A program made the translations under genes and the position numbers. The notes under the pieces were generated by a model. The model ran no database searches and had not been told where the DNA came from. It was given only the letters and a program-made list of their open reading frames with translations. A stretch of DNA of 64,000 nt from Mobula hypostoma (Eukaryota), in the NCBI RefSeq assembly GCF_963921235.1, contig NC_086097.1, positions 195,860,001 to 195,924,000 on the forward strand, in the 5' to 3' direction. Positions 28,901 through 39,849 of this stretch are shown piece after piece (position 1 is the stretch's first letter; each line of letters starts with the position of its first letter).

Positions 28901-31900
28901 GAAGTGTTAACTTACCCTTACTTTTCCAGATGCTGCCTAACCTACAGTGCATTTCAACATTTTCTGGTTTTAGCAGTTTTCCAATTTTTGCTGTATTTGT
29001 AATATTCTTGTTCATCCTGCTTTCATTCAGACTCACTGCTGAGACAAAAAGGTAGTATCAAAACCTGCGGCAGAAAGATATTTTAAGATTTTTGACAAAG
29101 AATATTAATACCCTTAGTCTCTAAGATTTTAGTTGTCTTGTTCCAAGCTTCCATGAATATCGATTACAGTATTAAGCAAGAATGTGAAATGCAACCTTTA
29201 CTCCCTAAGTGCAACAGCAACAAACAGCAATGTCAAGCTTACTAGTCCACATGTTATACCAATTACAGGTCACTGAGTCACAGCTTGAAATTGTGTTATT
29301 CACTTAACAGCAACGACACTGAAAGTGACCAACAACTTTACATCATTTCTACCCTAAATCAGATCTCCTTTAGAATTCTCCCTGACTAGTATGAAATTCT
29401 AGCATTCAGCATTGCATAAAAAGACATTCAAAATACACAGTTGGAGTTCTTATTTCCATGAAGTAAAGAACTGCCTGTTGCTTTGACTTGCCTTTTATTA
29501 TTATCTGGAGGATTATGAGCTGGAAGCCTATGCAGGTGATTAGCAGCAGGAGGCAGATAGCACGACTGGAGGTTACTTCTTAACTGGGTAACACACTAAG
29601 GCCGTGGGAGATCAATGAAATCACATAACCACAGAGGTTTTCTACAAATTCAAGACACAACTGGTAAAAAAATTATATTGGAGTCATGTAAAGTTAGTTC
29701 TAAATTCATTAGCAGCTTTAATTCTACATCATCTTTTCCCCATGTTTATCTATATTTATTAATTGCTTCCCATTTTAATTAACAAATTTATGGGGATTTG
29801 AAAGATAGCTTCATAATTATTCTTTTTTTCTTCTAATGTGTATTTACAAGATTTAAAATATACTTGCATCTGTTTCTTTTCCTTTTTTTCCAGCTTTTTT
29901 TCTTTTCACCCATTTATATTTTGGTAAATACTTGGTCTCAGATCTCTTTCTTCTTTCTGTTCTCCAATTCTTTCATACTTGATGAAAATGTTAAAACTTT
30001 TCCTTCCTTGAGTCTAGCTGTCAAGAAGTAACCAGTGATAAAAATAATGGACAAAACCAGGATTCTAAAATAGTTTGTGATTTATGAAGTAATCTTATAA
30101 CTTGCTATTTCTGGGGGTAAAGATCATAACCTCCATTACTGTTCCAACCTGCTATCTTATTCGTAACAAGTCAATGAACTTGGTCAGTAAGGAGTTTTAG
30201 ATTCTATAACCAGATAGTATAAAGCAGGAGAAGATATTGAAAAAGACTAAAGGGTCATGAAAAATATTTTATTTATGTTCTAAGCATTTCTCCTTTTAAT
30301 CCATTTTTCTAAAATCCATATTTTTCTTGTGTTGGAGAAGGATGGAATATGAGTGTCAGGGAGACAGAAGATCAAGTGTGATCCTCAGATTGATAGTTAA
30401 GACCTTTATTGTACCTATGCTGTTCACTCTCATTCAGATTTGATTTTGCATGCAAGCAGGAATCTAGCTAATCATCTGATTCTTTCTCAGACCCATTTCT
30501 AATACTAAAGGGGATGAAGTCACAGAACAATTATTCATCCATGCCTATTTATAGCTTTACGTAATTAATGTTTCACTGTCCTAATACCCTGTGCCAAGCC
30601 ATTTTTGCAAAGGAACTAGACAATCAACTGAGGGTTTTGAAATTCTATTAGCATATTTAATGCTTTTTATTCTCAGCATAAAGCCAATTCTGTCATTCTT
30701 CTTTTTCTAATATAAAAAGAGGTTTGCAAATATGCTGTTGATACTGAGAATTATTTTACGTAATGGGCTTTCTCCACAACAGTGCCTTGGTATCTATACA
30801 TAACTGCTTTAGGTGTACATTAATTAACTAGAAGAAATGTAAGCCATTAATTAGTTTAACATCTGCATTGCTATTGAGTCAGATAACAGACTTACAGCAG
30901 AACCAGCACTATTGTTTAGACTTGTTGACTGTGCACACCTTTTCCATGTACACAATACATGGAAACCAAAGTAAAATAGGATTAGATATCAATTGAGTTC
31001 TGATGCTGATTTCCAAATACAGTCACTTTTGCTGGTACAGGTGCAGTTATGGTATTGATTAATTTGAAAAGTATACTTGTTCATTTTCTTCATCACTACC
31101 CTGTTCTAACCTCATGCCATCATTTGCTACCTACCAGAAACAACACTGTAAATACAATTAATGCTTTTCCCCTGCACTTGCAGCTATTTAAAAGTTCTTG
31201 GTGAATTTACATGTTATGTATTCCCTTTATGGCCTTAATTACTATAGAACTACACAAGGAATCACTATTCAACATGATACAGTGTTTTTAAAGAGCTGCC
31301 AAGTTGGTCCCACACATTATTTTCATCCTTAAGATCATCCTCAAAAGAGATACATTTCAGACCACAGTCTGCCATTGCACAAAGGAACTTTCATCGATGC
31401 AAATTTATTTTAACATGCAACATGAAAGTCAATGTAATGCAATCTCCTGATCCTGACTTGGCAACTGTTCGAGAACCACAGTAACTTCATGAAACCGTGG
31501 TAACTTTCAGTCTCGAAAGTTTCTTAACAACAGGACATCACATTTCTTGTGATATTACTTCAATCTGGTAAATATCTACATCAAACATTACTTTTGGGAT
31601 ATGGACATTTTATTAAGCTTACTTTTGAAATCTTCTAGTGCTGGCTCTCCAGTCACTGAAGAATCCAAGCTAGATAACTGGATCGGGAACAAAACTTTAT
31701 TCCTACACAAGGAGCTTTCTCCTCAACAGTCAGAGGGCATCCAACAATGACACTAATATCCATCAAGCCATGAAAGAAAATAATCTGAGACTGATTTCTT
31801 CCGTAGTTTGAAAGCCTATTTAGAGTGGTATGAAGACAAGGGATGTTGTTTGAACCATCTGTTTCACCTTCATTCCAACCAAGAAAAGGAGGGTTTGGGG

Positions 31901-33865
31901 TATGCCAATATAGCCTCAGAGACTTGTTCCCAATTGCCTGTAAAATTCTAACATTACTAAAGGCACAACCAGTTATTCTCCATCTTTGGATTTTAGGTTG
32001 TTAGAAAATCTTTCACCAATCCAACTGATCAAACTAGGAATTGTTTATCATCATTGTTTCAGTTAATACTATGGAAACTATCATATCAACCCATGCTACC
32101 TTATACCTGTCAACTAAAGTAATATTTAATATTATGTTGCTGCTTGAGAATTTGAATTTTCTGAGTTAACTGTAAAAGTTAAAATCAAACAGGTCAAACT
32201 GTATTCCTTGCAATCTCTCTCTTATGTAATTGATTTAATGTTAGCAGTGCAACCACTAAGAGTGGTTTTTGAAAGTTAAGATTATATGAAGAGACTTCAA
32301 TTAGATCTTAGTGTTTAAGTAAAAGGTTGCACTTCTACGTTAGTAATGGTTATACAGTCTGTTTTATCCTTTTGTATCAGTGGAATTTGCGGGGATGTTT
32401 AATTGCATTAACCTGGATTAGGAGCTGGTCCAGATTTGCCAGAGGGGATCATGTCTGCCTTAGTTTTATGTCTGCAGTTATTTGGGGGTGAATGAGGGCA
32501 ACTAACAAGTAAGGGTCAGTAGTATATCCAACAATCCCTTGTGTCCTGAGTTTAGATGTAGTCAAATATTTCTCACATCATTCCTGGATTACATAGAAAC
32601 AAATATGACACCAAGGCACTCATTAAACTATTCCTGTTCTGTATCAGAATTAAATAACGTTAGTGGTTAATTAACTACAGTTTAACATTGATTTCATAAA
32701 GAAGGCTTTGAACATTCAGAACTCTAAATAATGGCCATGCAGTCTTGGAAGCAAAATGAATTCAGATAACTGTGATTAAAGTGCAATAGGAACAGGCATA
32801 CTATGAACTTTCAACACATTTGGGACCCAAAGTAAATGGAGATTACATTGTTTAGAAATCAATCTTTTGTTTGAAAGAACATTGAAAATGATTCATATAT
32901 TGGGAATTGCAAGATTTAATTATGGGGATTGTCCAAACGTAACATAAGGACTATCAGAACTTATGTTAGCTTTTGTTATAGATCAGGCACATTATGAGTA
33001 ATTCTTTTGTGTATTGGAGATATCACATTTTCCACAATATAATAACCTTTTTAGTTCCTTCTCAAAATATTTTTAAAATATTGAGATAGTTTAAATTATT
33101 AATTACAACATAAGGGCAGCATGTATGAAAGAATTAGATGCTATCATGTTTATGAAAGAGCATGAATTCAAACTTGACAATTTTCTTAGATATTAATGAT
33201 CGATCCTATCAAATCTAAAGCTACGCCCCTCAACTCATTTAGATATCTCCATTTTCACAACTGCACAAAATAAAAAGATGTCCAGAATTGCAGTTTCTAT
33301 TACTGTTTAATCAAAATCGATCAAATGCTGTAATCTGTGTAAAGTTTAGTAAGGCATCTCGTGTCCCTATAATTATACATAAGGTGGTTTGGTCACGCGA
33401 ACATTAACGAAGCACAACATTTTATTGAAGTGTCTAGAATAATTAGTAGTCTCACAGGCTGAACACCACACTTAGTGCAGTACAGAAATCACCGACTCAA
33501 CACAACTTTGCAACGAGATACCACGAGATCCGCGAACTGTAAGAGCCTCAAATGTAAGCTGATGTGTTGCAGCAATGTAGGGCCGCTTTTAAAAGAAAAA
33601 GAAAAAAATAAACCCTCGTAATTCATGTCGATATAAATGACGAATCAAGGCACCAAAGCTGCAAGCTGCATCCTGCTGGATCAATTTGCCTGGAGGAGAA
33701 TGCAAAATTAAAATAAGATTGATTTCATGCAGGCATAGATTCAAACGCCTATGAGTTACATTTTTTCTCCAAAAGGATATATGCAACCTCTGCCCTTCCT
33801 GCGATTGGTTTAGTTCTTATTTCTACAGAAAAATTTTCAAATAAACTAAAACAGCGAATTTTTTT

Positions 33866-33871
33866 TTTATT
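33866..33871 (-). promoter_or_regulatory. ADCYAP1: Candidate ADCYAP1 polyadenylation signal (AATAAA)
   Basis: AATAAA on minus strand about 1.35 kb after the stop, followed by U-rich sequence; alternatives are ATTAAA 35106-35111 and AATAAA 34481-34486 or 33421-33426. Confidence 0.4.
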
Positions 33872-35039
33872 TTCCATGGTGACTTTCTTTAGCAATCAGT
33901 CTTCCACATGACCAGCACGTTTATGATTAGCAGAAATTTAATGATTATAGCACTTGTAATTCAATCATGGACAATACTCAGTTATACACGAATAAATACG
34001 TTCCGCGTTGAACCCGAATGTTGTCTAACTTTTGAAACTCACATGCCTGTTTTAGTCGCCTCAGTAAAGTGAAACCTAGTTCTTAAGTGTAAATATTGGT
34101 TGTTATGATAGTCGGTGTCATTCTTATTTAGGTTGTGGATTTTAAGATAAAGTCTAATTTGTAGTTTGATGCCCAGCAAAAGATGACGATCACTCGTCTC
34201 CGGTTGAAATGAGATTGTCGTGATTTAACGTTTTAGTCGAAGCTGCATTTCCTCTTTGTGCAGTGCAAAATAAAAGCACTAAAGCATTGTGTGAGGTGAT
34301 CTGCAATACTCAATCTCTCTGCCTTTTGGAGAGGTCTTAAGGGAAATGCAGCTGCGCATTGATGTAAAAAAAAGAATCTTTCAATATTTTTAAATTTTGG
34401 GTAAAGACACCTTATATGATGTGATTGTTACAAGGTGGTTCTAGCATTTGTTCATTTCTGATTCCTGAAGTGACGTCCTATTTATTGTTTATCTGCTATC
34501 AACAATAAATGAGAGAACCACCTTTTAACAGAGTCGAGCTTTAGAATTTGGTAAGTCACTCAGGAAAGATTCGTCTTTCCATGACATCTGTTCCTAGGTT
34601 TCACCGTTAATATTACTATATGGTGACTCCAGACGACATGTGAGTTTGAAGTCGATTAAGATAACATCGAGAAGCTATTTAGTAATGGGGCCAGCGCCCT
34701 TTAATTTGTCTCGTGTGTAAGCAGCCTATGCTGGAACTCACCGACAAGGACATCTGCTGCAGCAATTCTCCCAAACCAATACCATAAACCCATTCAAGCA
34801 GCCTAAGCAGGGCATCAAAATCGTCGAAAATTTGGAGAATATAAATATCTTCAGGGCTGTTATGGATGAAAAACACTATCCTTTTAATTTTAGTTTGAAT
34901 ACAATACAAGCACACACAAAAAGAAACAATATCCCAATATCGCTATGTATTTCGTATAAAACCAGCCGCTCCGATGGATATTGTTCTTGTGCACACTTTT
35001 TCTGCTCTGCAATATACGTATAACCCAAAAGGAACCATT

Positions 35040-35224
35040 CACAAAGTAAATCTGTGCGTTCTATAGTGTTTTACAAAAAAACAATATTTTTATCAAAATA
35101 TTCGTTTTAATGGCTTTACTTCATACATAAATACATGTTTAAATAACAGAGAGCGATGATTATTCAGTCGTTTGAACCGAATCTTGGATAGGGCTGTATA
35201 CACAGGGTGGGTGGTCACTCGTCG
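35040..35224 (-). other. ADCYAP1: ADCYAP1 proximal 3'UTR
   Basis: Follows the TAG directly; contains ACCCTGTGTATACAGCCCT and AAACATGTATTTATGTATGAAGTAAAGCCATTAAA, which I recall as similar to tetrapod ADCYAP1 3'UTRs. Confidence 0.75.
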
Positions 35225-35405
35225 CTACAAATAGAATACTCGACGTCCTTTATTTTTAACCCTTTGTTTATACCTTTTCCCCAGGACAGCTGCCAGGTAT
35301 TTCTTGACAGCCATCTGTTTCCTGTAGCGGCTGTAGCTATCAGTAAAGATGCCATCGGAATGTCGCTTTGACAGGGGTTCCGTATCCTTCTCAACATTGC
35401 TGCCA
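35225..35405 (-). CDS. ADCYAP1: ADCYAP1 last coding exon (exon 5): spacer, PACAP38/27 and C-terminal tail
   Basis: Acceptor TTCTCATCTGCAG; translates (S)[59 protein letters not shown]; mature PACAP38 at 35362-35249 with KR, GKR and GRR processing sites. Confidence 0.99.
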
Positions 35406-35889
35406 CTGCAGATGAGAAGTAAAATCAAGACTCCAAGACTTTTTAACAAAGCACAGTCTGCACTAAACTCGACTCATCTCATGACTTTACCAATTTGCTC
35501 CATGAATGATGAATGGAGGCGATTCATGGATGGCGATGAATGGATGGTGAACTTTAATTTGAGAGAATTGCTACTTGTTGGGTATTTACTCGACAACAAA
35601 TATTGAATAAGATGCAATTTTTTTTTATGAACAGCGACTTCCGAAATCTTCGTGACAAATGCAAACAGCATTAATCGAGGTGTGTGTGTGGGGGGGGGGG
35701 GAGGAGAGGGTGATGATGGCGGTGTAGGGAAGGTCGCTTCAACAAATGAAGGTAGACAATAGCAAGGAGAGTGGAGAAAAATAATAAAAAGGAAATAGGT
35801 CAGTATGATGAACAATGCGTATTGCAGGACGTTTAAAAATATTAAGATATACAATTTATAAAAATGATTTCTAAATGTCAGAAGCTTAC

Positions 35890-35994
35890 CTATCGCGTTT
35901 TGACATGTTTTCGTTTAGGAACGACCTTACAAATCCACTTTTCATAAAGGAACTTAGGCTTTTAGTAAATAGCCAATCAGCATGTCTCTCGGTT
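35890..35994 (-). CDS. ADCYAP1: ADCYAP1 exon 4 (105 nt): PACAP-related peptide (PRP/GHRH-like)
   Basis: TTTCAG acceptor and AG|GTAAGC donor; reads (R)TER-HADWLFTKSLSSFMKSGFVRSFLNENMS-KRD(S); phase 2-2, in frame with both neighbours. Confidence 0.95.
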
Positions 35995-36437
35995 CTGAAA
36001 TCCACAACACAGGAACGAATCAATGATCCACGATCAGAATTAAACGTTAAAGATTACTAGTTTAAATAGATTCTAGATTTACTGATAATGTTAATAAATC
36101 CTTTTTTCATATATTTTATGTCAATAGAGCGTTTGATATTGCAGGTGTTTGAATTGCAGGACAGTGCAGAGCTTTCTGAACGGGTCTGGCATCTTGATTA
36201 CTGAATTGATTAGCATAAATTTATGCTATTTTATGAAGTCCGTCTGATGCACATATGGTTGACATATAACTCGTAAAGGGGTGCCATAATAATTTAGTTC
36301 TTTTTGAATTATTCACATCTTAAAATAAGCATTTAATAAATAAATTTACAAATAACATATAAACTCCGACACAAAGCTATTATCAAAAGTCGGGAAAGCA
36401 CTTCATATATTTTCACACAAATATAAAATAATATCAC

Positions 36438-36572
36438 CTTTTCTCCGGCAGATCGCTTAACGTATTTAGATCATTAATCATCGACGAAGGAATTCGGATG
36501 CCATTTCGATCAGTTTCGTAGGTCAAATCGGGTAGTGAGTTTCCTTTTTCATCATATGCCTCATCTTCGTCC
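36438..36572 (-). CDS. ADCYAP1: ADCYAP1 exon 3 (135 nt): cryptic peptide
   Basis: CTTTTTGATTCTTTCTAG acceptor and AAAG|GTGATA donor; reads (R)DEDEAYDEKGNSLPDLTYETDRNGIRIPSSMINDLNTLSDLPEK(R), matching the EAYDEDGN..PEKR pattern. Confidence 0.96.
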
Positions 36573-38757
36573 CTAGAAAGAATCAAAAAGATGAAGATCT
36601 ATGTGTGCAGTTTGGTAAACAGTGAACTGACAGAGAAATGGTTGGTGATGAACATTCATTTGCTTTGCATTTACTCTCTGGGTGTCATTTACTTCTTTTT
36701 TATAGCCGTAGATGAGTTTTGCTTAGTACAGAGATTAGAGCATTGATGCAGGAGACTACCGGGACACACATCAGACGTGAGCGAACTAGCAAGCGCTGCC
36801 CAACTTGGACCGTCGTTCTTCAGTTCCATAAGTAATTCATAACTCTGGAAATCGAAATCTACCGGCGCTATACGAATCTTTCTGATATTGTGCACTGCCT
36901 TATTCCCCACAGAGTTCGAGAACTTGAATAATTTAAGCAGACTGCGGAAGGCCAATTGCATAGCTTTTATGGTGGGATGAAATTAATGTTTAAGATGTTC
37001 AACATTTTTCCCCTAAGGGATGACGCGGGGTATGCTGCGGGAATATTTCAAAACTTTAATCAATTTATATTTCACCAGAAGAACAAATGTAAAATCACAA
37101 TTGGTCTTCATGTTTAACCCTGTAGCGTTTTTACAGTCATAACCGCAAACGAAAAAAATAACTCTGTGCTGTTGGCGATTGTTGTAACTATTGACAGCCA
37201 ATTGTTAGTTTATATATCTGGTAAAAGCAGTTTATGGCGATCATCTTTGGTGCCCGGAACGAAAACAAACGTGCCAATCAACCTTTATAGAATAAGAACT
37301 TATATTTATTTGACGCCATTAACGTAGCAAAACGTATCAAAACAGCTCATACGCGATTATCAGTATTTGACGCAAAGCCATAAAACGAAATATTAGGGCA
37401 GATAGCCAAAGCAATCATTACGGCAAGACGATGAACAGAAGTGAATCACAATCAGACGTTTCTTGCTTTAGACCCACAATTCTCCGGATACGATGAATTA
37501 AACGTCAAACATTACCGAAGCTTTAGGCAATGTCGTAAAGTCGTGTTACATTGAGGGCCGACGTACTCATCTACTCAACGAATGGCTTTCCGAGATTGTG
37601 GTTTGATATTTTAACTATTAACTCGCATTTTCTATCGCAACGCCAGCAATTCTGACATAAAGGAAACTCGCGGGTAATTGCAGACATGTCGACACGAGGG
37701 TGCGTTTTAGGCCCCTCTCGGTTTACTGGAAACGTGAGAACCCTGCAGAGATTATTTCCTCATTTGCAGGCTACTCAAATAAACGAAACGTTTTATCATT
37801 ATCTACAAGCTAATACACATTTTAAACATCCAACTTTCTTGTGTACGTACTCTAAAAGAAACAACATTCACAATTGCGTACCATTTTAAACTTAATGTTA
37901 GAAAGTAGCAGCATTTTTAAACAAAAAAGTAGTACCTTAATGAATGTAGAAGGTTTCATCAGGAAATAGATGGGTTAAATCAGTTGTTAAGAATCGGTTA
38001 GCGCTGGACTGACTGTCAACTCTATTTTTCCAATCTGCAGTTCGCACATTTAATAAGCGCTCTTGGACCAATGCGGTAGCCCTCTCTTTGCAACAATAGT
38101 CTCCACTTCCTCCAACTCGCCCTTTGACTGTAATTGACGCGATTTCACACTGACTCTCTCGGGACTTCCATTAGGTTAAACCTCTACATTCAATTTACCA
38201 AGCTATCAACTCCATCACACCGAACCACAGAATCAAGCAACTCGACTTCCTGTGCCGCCCGGTCCACCCACAGCGATATGCATTGTCTCTTCAGTGTGTA
38301 GACTAATTACACGATTCCCTCGCTTACATCTGATTAATGGAACTGAAAGATCGCCAGCACATTACAGACAGTAATTCCTAAGCAAAACAAGCTTTGGCAT
38401 ACCACCTTCGATAACATCTGAGCAGCGACCTTTCTATCGCTCCAATTATCCTCTATCGCGACACGGAAATGAATTAACACCTGGTGTAAAATTTGCAGAA
38501 TGGAGAAAAGCAGAGAGAGAAAAAAAATCCTACCAGCACAAGGAGTGCCCCGGCACATTTGTTAACGGATAACAAGATGAAATTTGTAGTACCTTATATA
38601 TCTGCTTTTTCACATCTTCCTTTCACTCGTTCCAGTTCCTTTTTAACTTATCCAGGTTTCCGGTTCCAGTTCCTTTCTATTTTAGTTACACATTTACCTT
38701 CTCATGCGTGTCTGTAACACCGCTTTAAATCTCAGTCCCTTTGTAATTACCATCATC

Positions 38758-38812
<55 letters not shown>

Positions 38813-38815
38813 TCA

Positions 38816-38869
<54 letters not shown>
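38758..38869. repeat. Compound (CT)n(CA)n(CT)n microsatellite in ADCYAP1 intron 2
   Basis: Seen directly. Confidence 0.97.
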
Positions 38870-38871
<2 letters not shown>

Positions 38872-39156
38872 TCTTCGCCTGTACCTCATCCCTCCCGGTC
38901 TCCCACGTTGCGAATGAAGAGTGGGAGATAAAAATCAAGAGGCATCGCCAGAGCGGGGCGCCCGGGATCGCTCGCTGTCAACAAGTAAGCCACATTGGAA
39001 GGATGATCTGCTTACCCACTCGAAACAGTAACTTAAAAGGGAGAATACGGCAAAGAAGTCGGATAAAAGAAACTGTCAACAAGGTAAATGTCCAAACCGG
39101 TAAAGTACGCGCAGGAAGAGTGAACTCCACTAAAAAAAAACTAACGGAGTTCCTAC

Positions 39157-39257
39157 CTAAATCCTGGATAATCCATTCCGGTCGGTGAACAGTAGACATT
39201 GCAATGCATTATGATTCCATACACAACCATGAATGCTATTGTCGCTTTGTTGGACAT
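39157..39257 (-). CDS. ADCYAP1: ADCYAP1 exon 2: start codon and signal peptide
   Basis: MSNKATIAFMVVYGIIMHCNVYCSPTGMDYPGF(R); donor AG|GTAGGA; acceptor CCGCAG with exon start at 39264; four exons total 522 nt = 173 aa + stop. Confidence 0.97.
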
Positions 39258-39501
39258 TCTTAATCTGCGGAGCGAATATCAAAAGTTTAAAACCAAAAGC
39301 AAAATTCACATTTAACTGCTCAGTAGAAAAAATGCATTCGGTTTGATGAGCATCTTAATTTGATATTGGAGAACAAGTTATAAATATATATATTGTGCTT
39401 TCTTCAGAAAAAAACAAATCAATTTTCTATTTCCTATCTTGTGATAAGACAGAAGCGCCCAGCAGTTAGGTCGCTGGCTAACTTTGCTGGCTCTCACATA
39501 C

Positions 39502-39606
39502 CTATTGCAGTTTGGTTGAGTGTTGTGCACGATCTGGTCCAGGTTTACTTCTGAATCTGAAAAATCTTCCTCTCGGCAATTCACTGAAGCGACGCTGAGA
39601 TTCTGA
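39502..39606 (-). other. ADCYAP1: Predicted non-coding exon 1 (5'UTR) of ADCYAP1
   Basis: Donor AG|GTATGT at 39501-39496; Inr-like TCAGAAT (39606-39600) downstream of the TATA; fits the known 5-exon organisation. Confidence 0.6.
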
Positions 39607-39635
39607 TGCCGTTCAACTTGCCACCGTTCTGCACT

Positions 39636-39646
39636 ATTATATATAT
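39636..39646 (-). promoter_or_regulatory. ADCYAP1: TATA box of ADCYAP1 promoter
   Basis: ATATATATAAT on minus strand, about 30-40 nt upstream of the Inr-like motif. Confidence 0.6.
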
Positions 39647-39841
39647 GCAATTATCAGAAATCTTCGCAAACAATGTTTGAAATGCACATAGCAACAGATG
39701 TCTTTGTAAACATTTGTCTACATCTTATCTTTTTATGAACTATTGTTTGTTATACACTTGCACTCGGATTTTTATTCATGAATCAGACTGCTTCCCTTTT
39801 CAGAGTCGGTGCAAGTCACGTTAAGACCATGTATCACGAAT

Positions 39842-39849
39842 AGACGTCA
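39842..39849 (-). promoter_or_regulatory. ADCYAP1: CRE-like element TGACGTCT
   Basis: 7/8 match to TGACGTCA about 240 bp upstream of the predicted TSS; mammalian PACAP promoters are cAMP-responsive. Confidence 0.6.

Noticed and set aside
30941..30965. Perfect 10-bp stem, 5-nt loop hairpin
   Set aside because: About one such hairpin is expected by chance in 64 kb of AT-rich DNA; no supporting context
35406..35449. ORF-track N-terminus [15 protein letters not shown] resembling a signal peptide fused directly to PACAP (single-exon precursor)
   Set aside because: It starts at TTG, with no in-frame ATG before the upstream TGA at 35474-35476; the hydrophobicity comes from the intron 4 polypyrimidine tract, and a proper acceptor lies at 35406-35407
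35474..35854. 126-aa ORF in intron 4
   Set aside because: Low-complexity, produced by T-rich and C-run sequence, with no recognisable domain
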